A stretch of 64,000 nucleotides of DNA from Nageia nagi. Taxonomy: Eukaryota; Plantae; Pinophyta. Position 1 is the stretch's first letter. Every line of letters starts with the position of its first letter. This document shows, in pieces, positions 1 to 15,000 of this stretch. Under the pieces are notes generated by a model, which was not told where the DNA came from, searched no databases, and worked only from the letters and a program-made list of their open reading frames with translations. The translations under genes were made by a program, and so were the position numbers. The stretch spans positions 202,058,001-202,122,000 of the forward strand of contig JBITNC010000001.1 of NCBI GenBank assembly GCA_050084985.1, in the 5' to 3' direction.

Positions 1-190
1 TGTTCCCTTTTATTTTTAATCTTAGAAAGGGATCATCCACTTCCCTCTTTTATTTAGTTTTTAATTTATTTTTAGAACAGGATCATCCACTTCCCTTTTT
101 ATTTAGTTTTGTATTGCTTTTTGTTTTTTATTTTTAGAACAGGGATATCCACTTAATCTTTTATTTATTTTCTTATTTTTAGAGCAGGGG
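1..190. repeat. Degenerate ~50-bp tandem repeat (TTAGAA(C/A)AGG(G)AT(C)ATCCACTT core, ~4 units)
   Basis: The core recurs at ~22, ~72, ~134 and ~179, separated by T-rich spacers. It may lie inside an LTR whose minus-strand TG end is at ~244. Confidence 0.6.
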
Positions 191-413
191 TTAACTGCAG
201 CCCACTTGTATAATGTGGGAACATGCAAACCTACTGCCACATCAGACATCAAAATCTTTGCATGTGGCTCATCCCAAGTGTTGGTTTTCTTCACTAAATT
301 GTATTAAATTCTCCTATAGGTAGTCTGTATTAGCATCTTAGTGCATTACAGTATTTGCAACAAACATTGTTGTTGTTGTAGCATCTTTTGAATCGTCTTG
401 ATCCTACTCAGAA

Positions 414-785
414 TAGTATTGAAACTTGGAGAGTCTTTTGAAAACTTGCTGGGCTTGGAGCCAAGTCCGGCTAAACAAAGCAAAATGAAAAACAGAAAGA
501 CAAAAAACAAAGGAAACCGAAAAAACCAAAAAATTGTGTATTCAACACATTTTTACACAGAAGGGGTAATCTCTTTCCATTGATTAGCTATATAGTTATT
601 TGTATGTTTTTGATGTTGATTTGGTAAAGGAATGCATATTAATAACATTTTTTTTTTTAAATCTCTTAAATTATATGTGCTTATTTCACAAATCTTTGTG
701 GAGTTTTTCTCAAGTATTTCAACTGAGTCTCAGTCAAAAATCAGCTTCTGCTAAGTCCAGGCCCAGTTCGAGTCTTAATTGAATG
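414..785. mobile_element. Old non-autonomous DNA-transposon (MITE-like) relic
   Basis: The left end ATAGTATTGAAACTTGGAGAGTCTTTTGAAAACTT...AGCCAAGTC resembles 16540 ATAGTGTTGAGATTATGTGAGTCTTGAAAAGACT...AGCCAAGTC. Both have GAGTC/AAGTC-rich subtermini and an AT-rich centre. Confidence 0.3.
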
Positions 786-1029
786 CTGTCAATTTCTTCT
801 ACATGCGAGAGAGATCTTGTTTCATCAGTCTAGATTTTACACATCATATCCAAAATTTCTCTGAATAATAAAATGGGAGGCTGAAGTATCAGGATTGGCC
901 AATACTAGTGCCTTTGAACACATCCTTCCCTAGCAGGCAGAGAATGGAGTGATGCAAGAAATGGGAAATGGGAACAGTATTTCAGATGATGCTCTTGAAG
1001 AATTGCTCAGTGACATTTAACACGAGAGA

Positions 1030-2600
1030 TTTCTCAGCTATAAATAAAATTGAAAATTTTAAAGTATGATGGTAGCTTTGATAGCGAGAAGACTACGTTT
1101 GTGCAATTTTGAGGCATTATTCAGGACGACTTCTAGGATTATCTATGTGTGTAAGCGGCATACAGTCGAACTTCATATGGAAGAGATTGCTCTAGGTTGG
1201 TTGAAGGATCATCAATATATAGTTGCTAATGAAGAAAATGAGGGTGATCACTATTTTCACCAGTGGACCACTTCAAATTGGCCTTGAATAGCTTAAAAAG
1301 AGAATATGTGGACATGATGGGTTTAAATCAGCCAAGTTCCAGGTTAGTCAATTCTACAACACATTCATGATTCAGATGTACAACTTACAAGAAGCATCAG
1401 GTCAAGCTGGAGATTCTTGTTACGGGAGAGTTATTTAAGATGAAAGTTATATTTGGTATAATTGCTAGTCTTAAGAAAGAAATAACCATGATTGAAGTGG
1501 ATTCATTGAAAAGACCTTATAGACTTGCTATATCTATTCGTATAAGCTTGGATTAAAGTTTTCATAGATGCTTCTAGTGCTAGCAATACTGCAATTTTCA
1601 TCCTCAAACTGTGTTGCATCGAAGACTTAGTCCAACTCAAATGGATAGTTTAAGGGTTCAAGCTACTCTTTGTGATTTGCTGGTAAGGAAAAAAAAAGAA
1701 GAAATTTATAGAATTACTACAAGAACTATGGTCATTCATCTAAAGAATGTAGTACTGTTCAGGCCAACAATGAGTCTATGTCTCTTCTTAAAGAGCAACA
1801 GCTTGGACACAGACGCATAGAGATAGTTTGTTAACAATTTAGTTGCTCTAGATCCACAACTTGCAGTAATGTTTATATTCAGTTCAACAAGCCAAAAGAA
1901 AGCACTCTTAACCCACAATTGTTAGGTAAAGGGTTGATTGCAATAATGATTATATCTCCCTTATCATGGGAAATGGCAATTCGTAAAACATAGTATCTCA
2001 TAAGTTAGCTTTAGATATGTAACATTCTACTATAAGCCACCCTACCCCGTTATCATTTGGGTTGGGCCAAAGACGCTAGGAATTCCAAGTTATTAGCAGG
2101 ACAGAGTGCCTATTCACTTTTCCAAGCTACTAACAAGGCAATGCGTATTCACTTTTCCAAGCTCCTAACAAGGTGATTTATGTTCACTTTTGCCATTGTA
2201 AGTTTGTAACCTTCAATGACATAGTTTGATCATTGATGTGATGCAAGCCTACTTGACTCATTTGAGCTGGTTGTTTGGCATCCTTACAAATATGATTGGC
2301 ATGCCATTCATAACGGGTGGCACAACACTCAACATAATTAGGTAAAATGGTAATTTTCAATGTCACATCTTCTTCTTGAACATGACCACTGTTGATTTTT
2401 TGGAAATCAAGTTTTGAAGCAGGTCAATATGAATAAGTATCTAACTCTCCTTGATCTGTAAAGCAAAGCTAGATAATAAAACTCCTTGGAATTCAGGCTA
2501 GTCTTTATGCACATACTGATATGTTTGAGAAATCTGAAGGATCTCTTTGTTTCCGAACCATACCACAATTTGTTCTAGTTTCTTTGCTCCTTATTTCCTT
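1030..2600 (+). mobile_element. Highly degenerate Ty3/gypsy gag-protease remnant
   Basis: There is a gag-like fragment at 1066-1287 and an HPTPYHLGWAKD-like gag-pol motif at ~2038-2075. The region has many stops and frameshifts. Confidence 0.5.
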
Positions 2601-2957
2601 GAGTATCACAATACACTAGTTGAGATCTGCAGAAATACAAAAGCAGTCATGAATATTGTAAGATCTATCACTTCTCGCTGTGGTTCTTTAGGTTTTTAAT
2701 ATATAATGATAACAATTTACACAAGTTAAAATAAGTAGATGTTGCAATATGAGTTTTTTAAATGTTGTTTTGAAGAATATGTAGTATTCCATTTGCCTTT
2801 GTAGTTATGATGAAAAGCACTTTTTAGCTTAGAGTGCTCGAATCATTCAGATATCCTTCATTTAGAACAATCTATGTATGTCAGTGTAAACATTTAAAAT
2901 ATTCGGAGTCCTAATATATTTTGAATGAAATGTCAGTGGAACATTCTTGGTTTGCAG

Positions 2958-3047
2958 ATGCAAATAGCGATTTGGATGGAGCCTTCATGAAAACAACTAA
3001 GAGTGCAATCCATTCATCTCAAGAATTGAGATTATTAGTCTTAAAGG
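2958..3047 (+). CDS. MRPL45: mL45 exon (N-terminal region) [30 protein letters not shown](G)
   Basis: tttgcag acceptor and gtatga donor; 90 nt, phase 1/1; the frame is open and continuous with the next exon. Confidence 0.7.
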
Positions 3048-6000
3048 GTATGAGATCTTCCTATAACATACTTTCAGTATTTATATAACTAATTATTTGC
3101 ACATTTGTTTTGGAAATCTTGAAGCCTAACTAGTATTGATATAATAAGACAGTAGTTGTGGGTAATTGAAAAGTTTTGGTGGAACAGATTTCGAATATGC
3201 TTACATTTTCCATCATAAAAACATATTTCATGGCAATTTGTTCAGTCATTTCAATTTTGTCTTGTTTTTTGGTGTATGACAGGATATAATCATCAAATTA
3301 ATATGAAGGTTTGGGAAATGTCTTCTAACCCATTAAGACATAATTCAGGACATGTAAGGTTATCTAAATTTTTTTATCTGACTGTTTGTACAATTGCTTA
3401 TATGTTTTTAAACCTCAATATTGTTTAATGTTAATGACCCTGCTTCTCATGTCCCTTATCACCTTTTAATATCTTCTCAATTTCATCTATTCTCACCAGA
3501 GTACTCTCTCTTCCTGTCTTGAACATTTACATATATTTTATGTGGATACTTATATATTATACTATAAGTTGTGAACTGTCAAGATTGTGGTTCAACTTGC
3601 CTTATAGTTTATATAACTTGCTTGTTGAAGAATTAACATAGAACAGAAAATTAAGACAGAAAACAAAATAAAATATGTGAAAAAAGGAAAAGATTTTGTT
3701 GTTTGAATACACAGCCTAAATGTATGTAAATATATACATGTACATAAATTTAATGAAAATATATATATGCTTATAAGTATTTTCACTAATATTTGGACAT
3801 TAAAACCTAAATGGTACAGGTGTATGACTTACTGTCTTCAGTAAAAGGGAAAAGGACTTTTACAGTGCAAGCAAAATCATCTCAACTGAGGCAAAGTGTG
3901 AGTACTTGATATTCCTCTTTATTTGTTTCATTCATCCCTTACATAGATTTTTTATGTTCCTTTCTATTTTAAATGAATGATCATTCTAGGCATTCTTCAC
4001 GGTTTATTGTTTTGAAAAACCATTGTGTATATAGTCTAAGACTCTAAACATATTGCATTCCACTACAAAGCTTGTTTTGATTTCTATTGAAAAGGATGCT
4101 TGTGGATGTTGATGACTTTTTTTTTATTGCTTGTTAGGTTGTAATATTATGGCATCTTCAGTAAAAAAGACATTATGAACATGAATTAGCCACATATGCT
4201 TTTTAGAGTTTTTTTGATAGACTTGTTGTAACTAAATGGTAAAGATCTATATTGGTAGTTCAATGCAACTAAGATAATCTTGGTTGTGCTGGAACTTATT
4301 AAGCAGGTCCTTAGGATGCCTTTTGAGGTAGAACACAAACCTAGGTGATTTCACCTATCATGAGGCAATAAGAGACATCCTAGCTTGGATGTAGCACTCC
4401 TAGAGGATTGGACCGTTGTTTGGCATCTCGAAGCACTAAGAGAGAGCCTAAGAACCAACGTCACACTAGGAGGCATAAATGGTGATTTCGTGGATCCCAA
4501 GGTGCATGGGAATCCCACTTTATGAGATGTTGCAATTAGGAGGCCTTGAATGTGTTAACTCTCATCCCAAGACTCCCATCTTGGACGTTGGCTCAAGAGC
4601 ACACGAATCACACTTGGACACCGTTGGATTAACCCTAACGCATGATTAGAAGATAAGCTACCTCATCTATATGTTGGTATGTTTTTCTTTCCTTGCCCAA
4701 AACATGCACAAGACTTGGAGGAAACAACATTATTTGTTTCCGCCTGGAAGGATTGGTTACCCCAAGTGCTCACATTGAATATGGACTAGGGCATAGTGGT
4801 CAAAGATGCATGTTGTTAATCGTATACAAGGGAAATACACCGTCAGAATTCGTTTTCCAGAAAGAGGAAAGACAACAAATGTGAACGAAAGTGAAGAAAG
4901 ATCACAAATGTAGGGATAAATGCATAGAAATATGAATAATGAACTTATGAAGACATCACCAGTGATGCAGCGTCTCGACAGGTCATCTCTAGATTCATTA
5001 AGAAAATGTATTCACTTATCAAGCCAGGCAGCAATTAGCAAAAATGTTCAAGTTACTACTAGATGAGAGCAGGAAGCTGTAGGGTCTTGGTGGAAGATTG
5101 GATGGAATAGGGTGAAGGGAAATGTGACGTCCCCTTGTACTTTTAGTGGGATCAGTATAGTCACCTTGTACTATATCTATTTGATGTATTTGTAGTTGGA
5201 TTGTTGTAACTTAGGATAGGAGTTTAATGGGTCATGTGGACCCCACAGTGAGCTCCAAGTGGGACGTCTCCCTCCTGAGAAATAGATTGGGCATGTGTTG
5301 CATTAGAGACCTTGGATTGTGGGAATCCCAAGGTATATTTATTCATTAGTGAGTTGGACGGCTACCAGCATGCTAGCGCCACACTGGGGAAGGCCCCATA
5401 CCCCCATGTTGGCTCTTGAGGACTCCAGGACTCCCACGGCATATTATATAATTAGGACCCCCACGTTAGCACTTTAAGTGATTGGGCCCCCCAAAATACC
5501 CAACGTTGGATTAGATGGGCTTGGGATGACTCGTAGGGGAGTTCCAGACACAAGCAATGTATAAATAGACATTTGATCTTAAGTATTGGGCAGCTATTAT
5601 TGATTATTACACTTATTACAGACCTTCGGGCACAAGTCTTAGCGGTGCTAAGCATTCCATTCCTAGGTGGAGTGTCTAGACGGTAGTCAGGCAGTGGGAT
5701 CTTGATTATATACGACATAGGTGGAGCACCTTGCCCATCCGATGGCATTCCGAGAGTTTACTTCTACCTTCAATGGTTATCCAGGTTTCGAGGAGGGCTC
5801 CTTCGGTGGAGAGGATTCAGGATCTGAGGGAGTGAATCTATCCTGTGGTTCTACAGTTGTTTGGCATTAGAGATTGCAGAGTGTTGTGCCCTAGTTGGCT
5901 CCCTTGAGGCCAACGACTGCCCATTGGGCTTGGTATTGTATTGTGTTCATTGTATATCATTCATATACAACCAGAGGGCTTCGGATCTCAATATTGTGTT

Positions 6001-9000
6001 TGTACCTTTCATACTTGTGCATGTGTTGAGTTGTTTATATTCATTGTACATGTATGAGCTAGATGTTGGCATTCTGATGTGCTATTCAGTGTTGTATGCT
6101 TGCAAATGCTAGACATTGGCGTATTGGTGTTTAATCATTGGATCTTGCATGTTATACTTAGGTGTTGGCATTTTGGGTATCTGAATGTGTAATGTTAATG
6201 CTCTAACCCTAACGTTGCATGCTTGAGGGTTTGAATGTGCGTATTGGATACCCTAGACCTGACGTCAGGGTTTGATGGTTTCGTATTGCTAGTTTGTGGC
6301 CGCGTTTAAATTTGGACCATCACAAGAAATGACCAACATGTGAATACATGAATCTAACTGAATGACATAGAGATTAGCTATACTCCCTAGAATACATTCA
6401 CTTACGTGCAAACCATGCAATGAGCAACTTAAACCACTTCGAAAGATATTCAATCAGCTTTTCTTAAAACTCATATTTTTCAAAGAAAATGAACTTAAGC
6501 TGTAGAAATCACTCAAACCAACAAGAAAATCTCACAGGATAGTATGCATGATCCCACAAATGATAATCTTCATAGTATTTACTTTACAGAACTATTCCAG
6601 AAAGACATAAACTCATAATGATATCATGAACAAAGGCATTCCTTTCTTGATTGCAATGATCTTGATATGATATTCAACATGAAATAGGGATATGACAATA
6701 TACATCCATTATATGCAAATAATCTCGTATGCAACAAATCCTTATGCAACCATATGCAAAAATCCTCAGTTTTAGCAAATGCAATAGTCTTATGCAATCA
6801 ACATTATGCAAAATCTCCTTCTAAATGGCCCGAATGTGGTATAAATAGGCCACTATAATTGTTGCCCTAAAGGCATCAAATTTGATATGGTGTGCACACA
6901 CGCAACACACGTACTGATACAAAATCTGATTGTTCACAAAAAACGATGCAAGTGGAATTTAAAAGCTAACAAAATATAAATGCCACAACCGTAATGCATT
7001 TAATCTACCTCTAAACTATGCAAAAGAAAATCAGATATGCAATAAAAGTCTAACATCTGAATCATCTGGAGCAAAACCTCATCCCTACACCGGTCAGAAC
7101 CATTAATAAGTCTGACAGATTTTATCTTTTAGGAGCAAAATCTCATCCCTACACCAGTCAAATCGAGTAAATGAAGTCTGACATAAAAGCAACAATAACA
7201 GTCACCATTAATATGCATTAAACACTAGAAAAGATAATTGTAAACGGAATCTGCGAGTGGATAAGATCTAGGCTAGATTTGACCCAGTATCGGCGAAGTT
7301 CCACTCCTCGTTGGTGAGACCGTACAACTCAATGGTCTCTTCCAAGAACGCTACTGTCTTCGATACTCCTTTGGAAATCATGCCAACGATGCTATCGTTC
7401 TGCTGGAAGTAGTCCCCAATCTGCCTTGATGTAGCTTGCATCTGATATTTACAGATGACCATCTGCCTTTCGTGGATGATAGGATGCCTTGCCTTCAACA
7501 AACTAAGATCTTCGACATCTAGATGCTCTTGGATTAGGTTTTGGGCCTTTGCCAATACCGCTTCCTTCTTGTACACGCTGTTGTCTTCCCCTTGAAATCT
7601 GAGCTGGTATACATACTTACTCATCTCCTCCTCTACCTTCTTTCTCAAGGGGATCCTAACTTTTAGAACGACATTGCACTTCTCGAGTGCATGCTTCAGC
7701 CAGTTGTGTTGATACATAAACTCATGGCAGTAGACCAATTTCTCGGGTCTCTCAGCGAAGATATGTTGTAGATGGGTGATGTTTGGGATATACGATCCAA
7801 CTTCTCAAGGTGTGCTGTTATTTGGGACTTGAGTTCCTGGATATTCAGTTGTTGGCTTAGGAGGGAGCCTTTGCACCAACACTCGGCCTTTGTTGATCTT
7901 CTTGACTTCTTTGGTTGGAGTGGTATGAACAAGGGCAACTTCCTTACCTAGTGCTCGTCCTGCTTTCTCTTCTTCTTTTGTTCTTCGGTCTCCCCTTCAT
8001 CTTCTTCATCTCCACCATTGCCACCTATTGATATACCTTTCTTTCTTGGATTACGGGATCTTTCATGGCTAGTCCTCTTCACAGAGGGCTTCTGAAAAGA
8101 CGAGGGCGACCTTTTTCTGTGTTCGGTAGGAGAGGGCTTGGAAGCACCCACCTTTTTGGTACACTTCACTCCGATGATTTGGACTTCATCATCATAAGTT
8201 CCAATGTCTACAATCTGGTCATCATCATCATCTGGGAGAGTTTCAATCTCCGTCTCGTCAGATGCAGAAGCACATACAACTACGTTGTCTTGTCCGAGGT
8301 ACTCTTCATCAGTGGCATCATCTACATCATCATCATCGTCTTCTTCTTCTTCACCATGACTTTCCTCGTCACTTTCCTGACTCTGTCTCTTCCTTGGAGT
8401 CTTCTACTGTATGGTTGGGTTCTCCATCACTTTCTTCATTAGAAGAAGAAGTGGAATGTTCGGAAGAACTAGAACTTGGTTGTAGTGGGGGAACTTTTTC
8501 TCCACATCCAGGAGGATGAGTGGGTCTAAAAGCGGTTTCTTCAGTGGGTGAATCACTGGCGCAAGCTTCCTCTAACATACTGAAGGGGACAGTGTGGTAA
8601 CCATCATCTCTCAGGTCATCCACCACCACACTGCATTTGTTAGGTCCTGAGGCATGCTCCCTTGAAGCTCCTTGTCTTTTCCCAATGGGAAGTAAGGATG
8701 TTTTGGCTTGCGGAGGTGCGACACTTGCAGAAGGAGGAGGAGATGTTTTGATCCTCAATGGGACCTCATTGGGTCTTGCCTTCACAGTTTTGGGTCTATG
8801 AGGTGTCCTTTTTTTGTTTGAGGGAAGCCTTATTCCTGCTCAAAAGAGCATTTATCCTTGCTATCTCCTCCTTGTCCTGCACATTTCGGTACTTTTCCAC
8901 ATTCCCTAAAGATTTATGCTGGTAAGACAGCTTTCTGGAATGCGGTGCTGTGGAATGAGCAATTACACCTTTGGGATCATAATTTCTGGCTGCCATCTCC

Positions 9001-12000
9001 TTGAAGAAGACGTACTGTTGTAGCTCCTTCTTCATGTTGTTGGCCTCAACCCATGTTTGGAAAACATAACTTGCGATTGAGATGGGCAAGTTGATGGTTG
9101 CATCCTTCTTTCTCCATACTCGTTCCTTCAAAAACAATAATTGCCTAGCAAATTCCATGAGGATGAGTCTATCACTGGTATATCTTGGCGGGAGCAGTGG
9201 TTGTTCTTCAGAGCCATAGACCCTGATGTAAGTATGATCAACACACTACAGATAGAAATCTACATGTATGCTGATGGCCTAAATAGCAACATCATAAATC
9301 CTCTTGACCATTGATTCTCCTTTGATATCTTTGTAAATGGAGCACTCCCACTGATCGTTCCTCTCATAGAAATGCTTAAACTTATTGTGGTACCACCACT
9401 TTGGGTAGGTCCGCCACATTGGAATGCCTTTCTGGCCTAGGTATCTTTCATTTGCAAGCTCTCTTGATCTAAGCTTGCCATGCAACAAGAGATACACAAG
9501 ATAGTAGTTCATATAGAACCTCTTGGAGGAGCCAAAGTAGGCTAGTTGGTGGTGCAAGGCATCACTGATTACCTTGCTCCATCTGATGGCTCTCCCTAAG
9601 CTAATTACTGCAATAATTCCGGTGAACTCCTTCCTATACTTAGAGTCATTTTCCTGACCTGTGACTCTGGACAACAAGGTGATCAACTTAGCAACTATAG
9701 GAAGGAACTCCTCCCTACGGGCGCTAATCAATCTCTGGCCCTGGATACCCTGGTAGTCTTCATACAACCATCTTCTGATGTAATCTCGAGGTCAGGCAGT
9801 AGAATCATGGAATTCCTCCAAATTGGTTAGTGTATAATCATCTCCATAACTTCTCCAGCCGAAAGCGGCTTCAATTCCATCCGGAGAGAAGTCCATGATC
9901 ACATTCCCTTCGATGTCCAAGAGAACTCTTTTATCATATTTGCATCGTTTGGCTACCTCATAGCACAACTCAGGAAATGGAACAACTAAAGGCATCATAG
10001 TGGCATTGAACAACTGACAAGAATGGATGATTTCATCTGATAAATCCTCCTTGCTGATGGAGGCAGTGGAGGCTATAGTTTGGATGGGGTCAACATTTCT
10101 CCAGTCTGAGTCTCCAACAAAGACGTATCTCTTCTTGAATTTGGCTTCAGAGAGCTTTGGTTTTTATCTCTCTTGGAACTCTAATCAGCTCTCCCTCAAG
10201 AGCCTTTCCATCTAGTCCCTTGTGACATGTCTTTCAAAAAGTTGTCCTTGAATCTTGCTGGCCTTGGATTGGAGAGGCCTCACCTTAGATGGCATCTTTA
10301 AAATCTGAAAAATGTGCATAACCTTGCGGAAAAAGAATTGGGAAACTGGTTGGGAATACCTAGAAATGAGTAAGTATCAAAATGAATGTGCCTTAAAGAA
10401 TGCAGTAACAATGGCCAGATGTGCAGGTCTAGGCTACAAAATGTCCCGTAGATATGAACTGGGACTGCCCTCTTTTATAGAATATGCATGAAGGGTTTGT
10501 GTATGACACAATGCATGTATGCCACTTGTCTTCTTGGTCTTTCAACTCCTGGCTTCTTCCACACTTAGACAATTTTGGCTCTCGGACCCTAGGACGCACG
10601 GATTTGGATGTGTGCTTTTTCAGTATTTGGAGAACATGCGATTGGGTTCTTGATGGGCAAACACATTACTTAGTCAATTTAGGTCAACAACATTCCATAA
10701 TGAGGATCAAATCACCACTTCATGCTGGGTTCTTGATGTTATCTTTGATGAGATTGGTGATTCTCCAACTAGTCCACCTGTAACACCACCTGTTCTCGAA
10801 ATTGTTCCTACAATCACTCTTGATGATGAAGATATTTAGAGTGGAGTAGATCCTATTATGTGTTTGCCATATGATAACTCCACTCCACCAACTTGATATA
10901 AGAAGACATTGTAGGATTTACATTTGAGCGCTTTACAAGACACTTCTACTTCTAGACCAAGGACACATAGCATGGCTGAGCACGGTGGTGAATAGTCCTA
11001 AATCTGAGATGGTTTGTGAGGCACTTGATTAACCCCATTGGAAATCAACCTTGAAGGCTAAGTATGATGCCTTGATGGGAAATGACACATGGGAGTTAGT
11101 AGATCCTCCAACAAGAAAGAAAGCTATTGGGTGCAAGTGGGTGTTCAAGACAAAGTACAAAATTGATGGAACACTCGACAAACACAACGCCCCACTAGTT
11201 GCAAAGGGATATGCCAAAGAGGAAGGCATAGATTATGAGGAGACATTTTCTCTCACAACCAAGATGAAGACCATCAAGATTTCTTTTACAATAGTTGCAC
11301 AATTTGGATGGAAAGTGCATTAGATGGATGTGAAGAGTGCCTTCTTGAACGAAGATTTGGAGGAAGAAGTCTAAATGCAACATCCTAAACGATTTGTTGT
11401 TGATCCAGGAAAAGGAAAAGTGTGTAGATTGATAAAGTGTCTATATGGTTTAAAACAGGCTCCAAGAGCCTGGTAGATCATCATTGATGAGCACTTACTA
11501 CAACATAGCTTTGCTTATGATCCTAATATCTACCTTCAATAACATGGGGGAAGATAGACATTGTGGTTGTGTGTGTTGATGATTTGGTCAGCATCGGGAG
11601 TACTGAGGACTTGATCCTATCTTGTAAGGATGACCTCATGAAATCATTCGACATACACAACCACAATGGCTATCTCCATCCCATGTTGTTGAAGGTAGAG
11701 ATTAGGATCATAAGGACTCCTAACAAAGAACAAAGGAGAATGGAGAAATCAAATACCACAAAGACAAAAACAAGGGAATGCTGCTAATGCTGAAGAAGAG
11801 TACACAAGATTTTTCTCTTGCCCATCGAGAGCAACCATCCATAACCACCACTTGGCATATGGAACTGGAAAGGAAACAATTATGCTGTCTAGAGAACACA
11901 AATTCAAGACCTTCTTCTGCTTATGCTCACTCTTGACTACACATCTAACACCAAAACATGCCATACTCATCAATGTTCTACTATATCTTACCTTGTTCAC

Positions 12001-15000
12001 GAACATGATCAGCTTCGCCATTAGGCAAATTGGTTTCTTAACCATTAGATGTCTCAATAGTTCCCCTCTTTGTTGAATGCTTTGAAATCCAAAGCTTCTA
12101 TTATTGGGAGGAATGATGAAGAATGGTTTATTTCTTTGTTTAGTTGTTTGTTTGGATTTTTGGTGTGATTGTCACCATATCAATTTGTTATTAGTTTTTG
12201 GGTATTTGTTTTGTTGTTGGTTATTTGGGATGCCATTGTAGGACTTGGAGCTTATTATTGGTCTACATTTGTTATTTCGGTTACCTTGTTTTTGTACTGT
12301 ACTTGCCTATTTTATAGGCCTTTGATGAATAAACAATGGTGCAAATTTTATCTTCATCACCTATGCAAGTTTCAAGTTTGAGTGGTAAGTTCTATTTTAT
12401 GAACTTCGTAAATAATTGTATATGAATGCTTTGGGTTTACTTCATTTATTCAAAGTAGTGAAGCTTATTTTTAAAATATTCAAGGTAATGGTGAAATTGA
12501 AAGTGGGAATGTGCTATAAGCATTGAGGACTGAAGAGAAGAGAGTACAAGTCAGAGTATTTCAAGAATTTTATGTATATAATGGTATAAGAAGGCAATTT
12601 ACTAAAACATCGTAACAAAATGTATTAGGTAGAAAGAAAAAATGACAAGAAGCATGATCAAGGCAAACGGGGTGAATTATAGTTTATGAATTGTACCTAT
12701 TTATTCTAGTTCTCACATCATAAAAGGTGTCGTATAATATTGTTAAGAAATAGGAACCCATATGAAGTTTCATATGGTCTAAGACAATGTATTGAGCACT
12801 TTAGAATGTTTGATTGTTTAGTCTATGCGTACATTCATGACAAGTTGAGAAAGAAGCTTGATGCTAATAGTCAAGCACATATATTTGTTGGGTGTAATCA
12901 TGTGAGTTTTCAAGGAGGATGTCTAAAGACAACAAAAGCATTGTGAACTTAGAGTTGAATGGAGAGTGTTCAAGCGAAGAACAAGCAGATTTCAGTGGTG
13001 GTGGATCTTCTTCAAATCAGCAAGGAGCATCATCAAGTTAAAACTAAGGCAAGATGATTTTGGAAACCCATCCACATTCTCTAAATGTTAAAACAAATTT
13101 TTGGTAATGAACAAGAAGGGGCCAAGCAAAGGCAAATTGAGCATGATGGAAATAAATTTGTGAACTATTGCTTAGTTTCTAATATCTATATTGAGCAAGG
13201 CAAGTTTCAGAAAAAATACAGAAAAAAAGAATGGAATTAAGAAAACATGTCTTCAATATAAAGAAATGAAACATATGAGCTTATGGATTTACCAAAAGAG
13301 AAAGAGGTGATAGGTGTGAAATGACTTTACAAGATCAGGTATAAAAGTGATGACATAAAAAGGCACAAAGCAAGACTTGTTGCTAAGGGATAGTCTCAAG
13401 TTCAACAATATGGAGTAAACTATGATGATACTTTTGCATCGGTTGCAAGGCATGAAACAGAAAGGTCACTTTGATAATAATGACACACAAGGGTTGGAAA
13501 GTGCACCAATTTGATGTGAAAAGTGCATTCTTAAATGTCTACATAGAGCAAGAAGTTTATGTAGATCAACCAAATGTTTTGAAGTCAAAAGGAAAGAGGA
13601 AAGAGCACATGATGTATAAACTCAAACAGACATTGGAAGGCCTTAAGCAAGCATCTAAAGCATGGGACTCAAGAATTGATGCGTACTTCATTGAGAATGG
13701 ATTTGAAGGAGTAAAAATTAGCCAACCCTATACATCAAAAGGCAAGGTGATAATGTCATTTCTATTTGCTTTTATGTAGGCGATTTAATTTAGGTGGGTA
13801 TTTCTTTATTGTTGAAGGATGGCTTCAACAAATGCTAAATGCATTTTGTAATTTTTTGCGTACTTAAGAATTAAACTCGAATTGATGCCTTGTTTTTTTG
13901 TGCGCTTGTGGGGTTTCCATTCTGGGAAAGTACTAAGGTGGGGGCCTGCAGACAACCCTTTGTTTATTAGTAATGTATTATGTTTATATATACACCACAT
14001 TGTTTTTGTTAATACATGTATACATATATGTACACATTATATACGTATACATATATATACTTTTACAAACACATACAGAGACACCCTCATATCCTTTGAC
14101 TTTTGATAGGAGCTCAGTGTTTAGACCCTTGTGATCCTTCCCTTTCTGGTAACCCTTCGGAGGCTTTTCTATATCTTTTAGGGTCTGTATTACATTTTTT
14201 CTGAGTTGTCCGTTTGTAATCCATATTGCTTTAGAAATAATGCAGTATGGTGTGGTGTCCACCTTGCTGTAGGCATTGATGGCGGGGAACTTTTTTTCTG
14301 TACTTTCAAATTTATTTTTGAACCAATACTTATGCTGATTCTTTGGTAACCTCCTTTAACCAGCTTCTACACCGGATATGTTATATTCCTGTGTAAAACT
14401 GACAGTTAGTATCCTGTGTTTTATACCATATGACCCCTAGGATTGGCCTGTATTGCTCTCTTCACTATTCATTATAATTTTCTTAATATGAAGCGAGTTG
14501 GACTTAAGACCCTGTTGTGTCATGCTTTAGGAGGATCATTAGAATCATTGTTTGTTGAGAGCTTGCTATGAGATGCTAGTTCTCTTTTGAGTGTTGTTTG
14601 TTAGTTCTTTGTGCTTTTCCCTTTATTTGTTCTTCCTATTCTTAGTGTTTCTTTTAAGATTGATTACTTTCCATGGTGTGCATTGCCACTCCACTTTAAT
14701 GAATTATGCAACCAAAAAAACTGTGACATGCATAACGAACCTATATTTTTCTTGGTTGCAGTAGAACTGTTTGCTGGTTATTTGCACTCTTTTCTTCTTC
14801 ATGATCTTGATTCCACAAGTATGTGAATGGTAAAACCCAAGTAATTTGCTCGAATCATTTATGAAACCAGAGAGCTTGCTTCAATATACTAAGCTATAAT
14901 ATGCTCCAGATGATTGCATATAGAGGTATGTACTTAAGTAGGATGGTTTCACTTAGCACAACTATGTAGAGATTGAAAAGTTTTCCTAGAGATTGAGGCA

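Larger units (their letters stand above)
4672..10690 (-). mobile_element. TGTTG/AACA-family LTR-like unit, copy 1 (5'-truncated), carrying a large ORF
   Basis: The minus-strand 3' end ...GGAAAGAAAAACATACCAACA at 4672 nearly matches the end of the TSD-flanked solo LTR at 42549 (GGAAAGAAAAACATCCCAACA). Other landmarks are a TATA at ~6840-6847, the ORF at 10295-7268 and the ORF promoter TATA at ~10473-10479. Confidence 0.75.

Noticed and set aside
8065-8519. His-rich and hydrophobic + strand ORFs (8065-8442, 8262-8519)
   Set aside because: They are antisense shadows of the GAT/GAA-rich acidic linker of the minus-strand LTR-borne gene.
11660-12360. ORFs 11749-12057(-) and 12169-12381(+)
   Set aside because: No recognisable motifs. 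The T-rich tract ending in AATAAA looks like a LINE 3' tail but cannot be supported.
13880-14480. Possible small solo LTR
   Set aside because: No matching TG...CA pair with a TSD could be identified.
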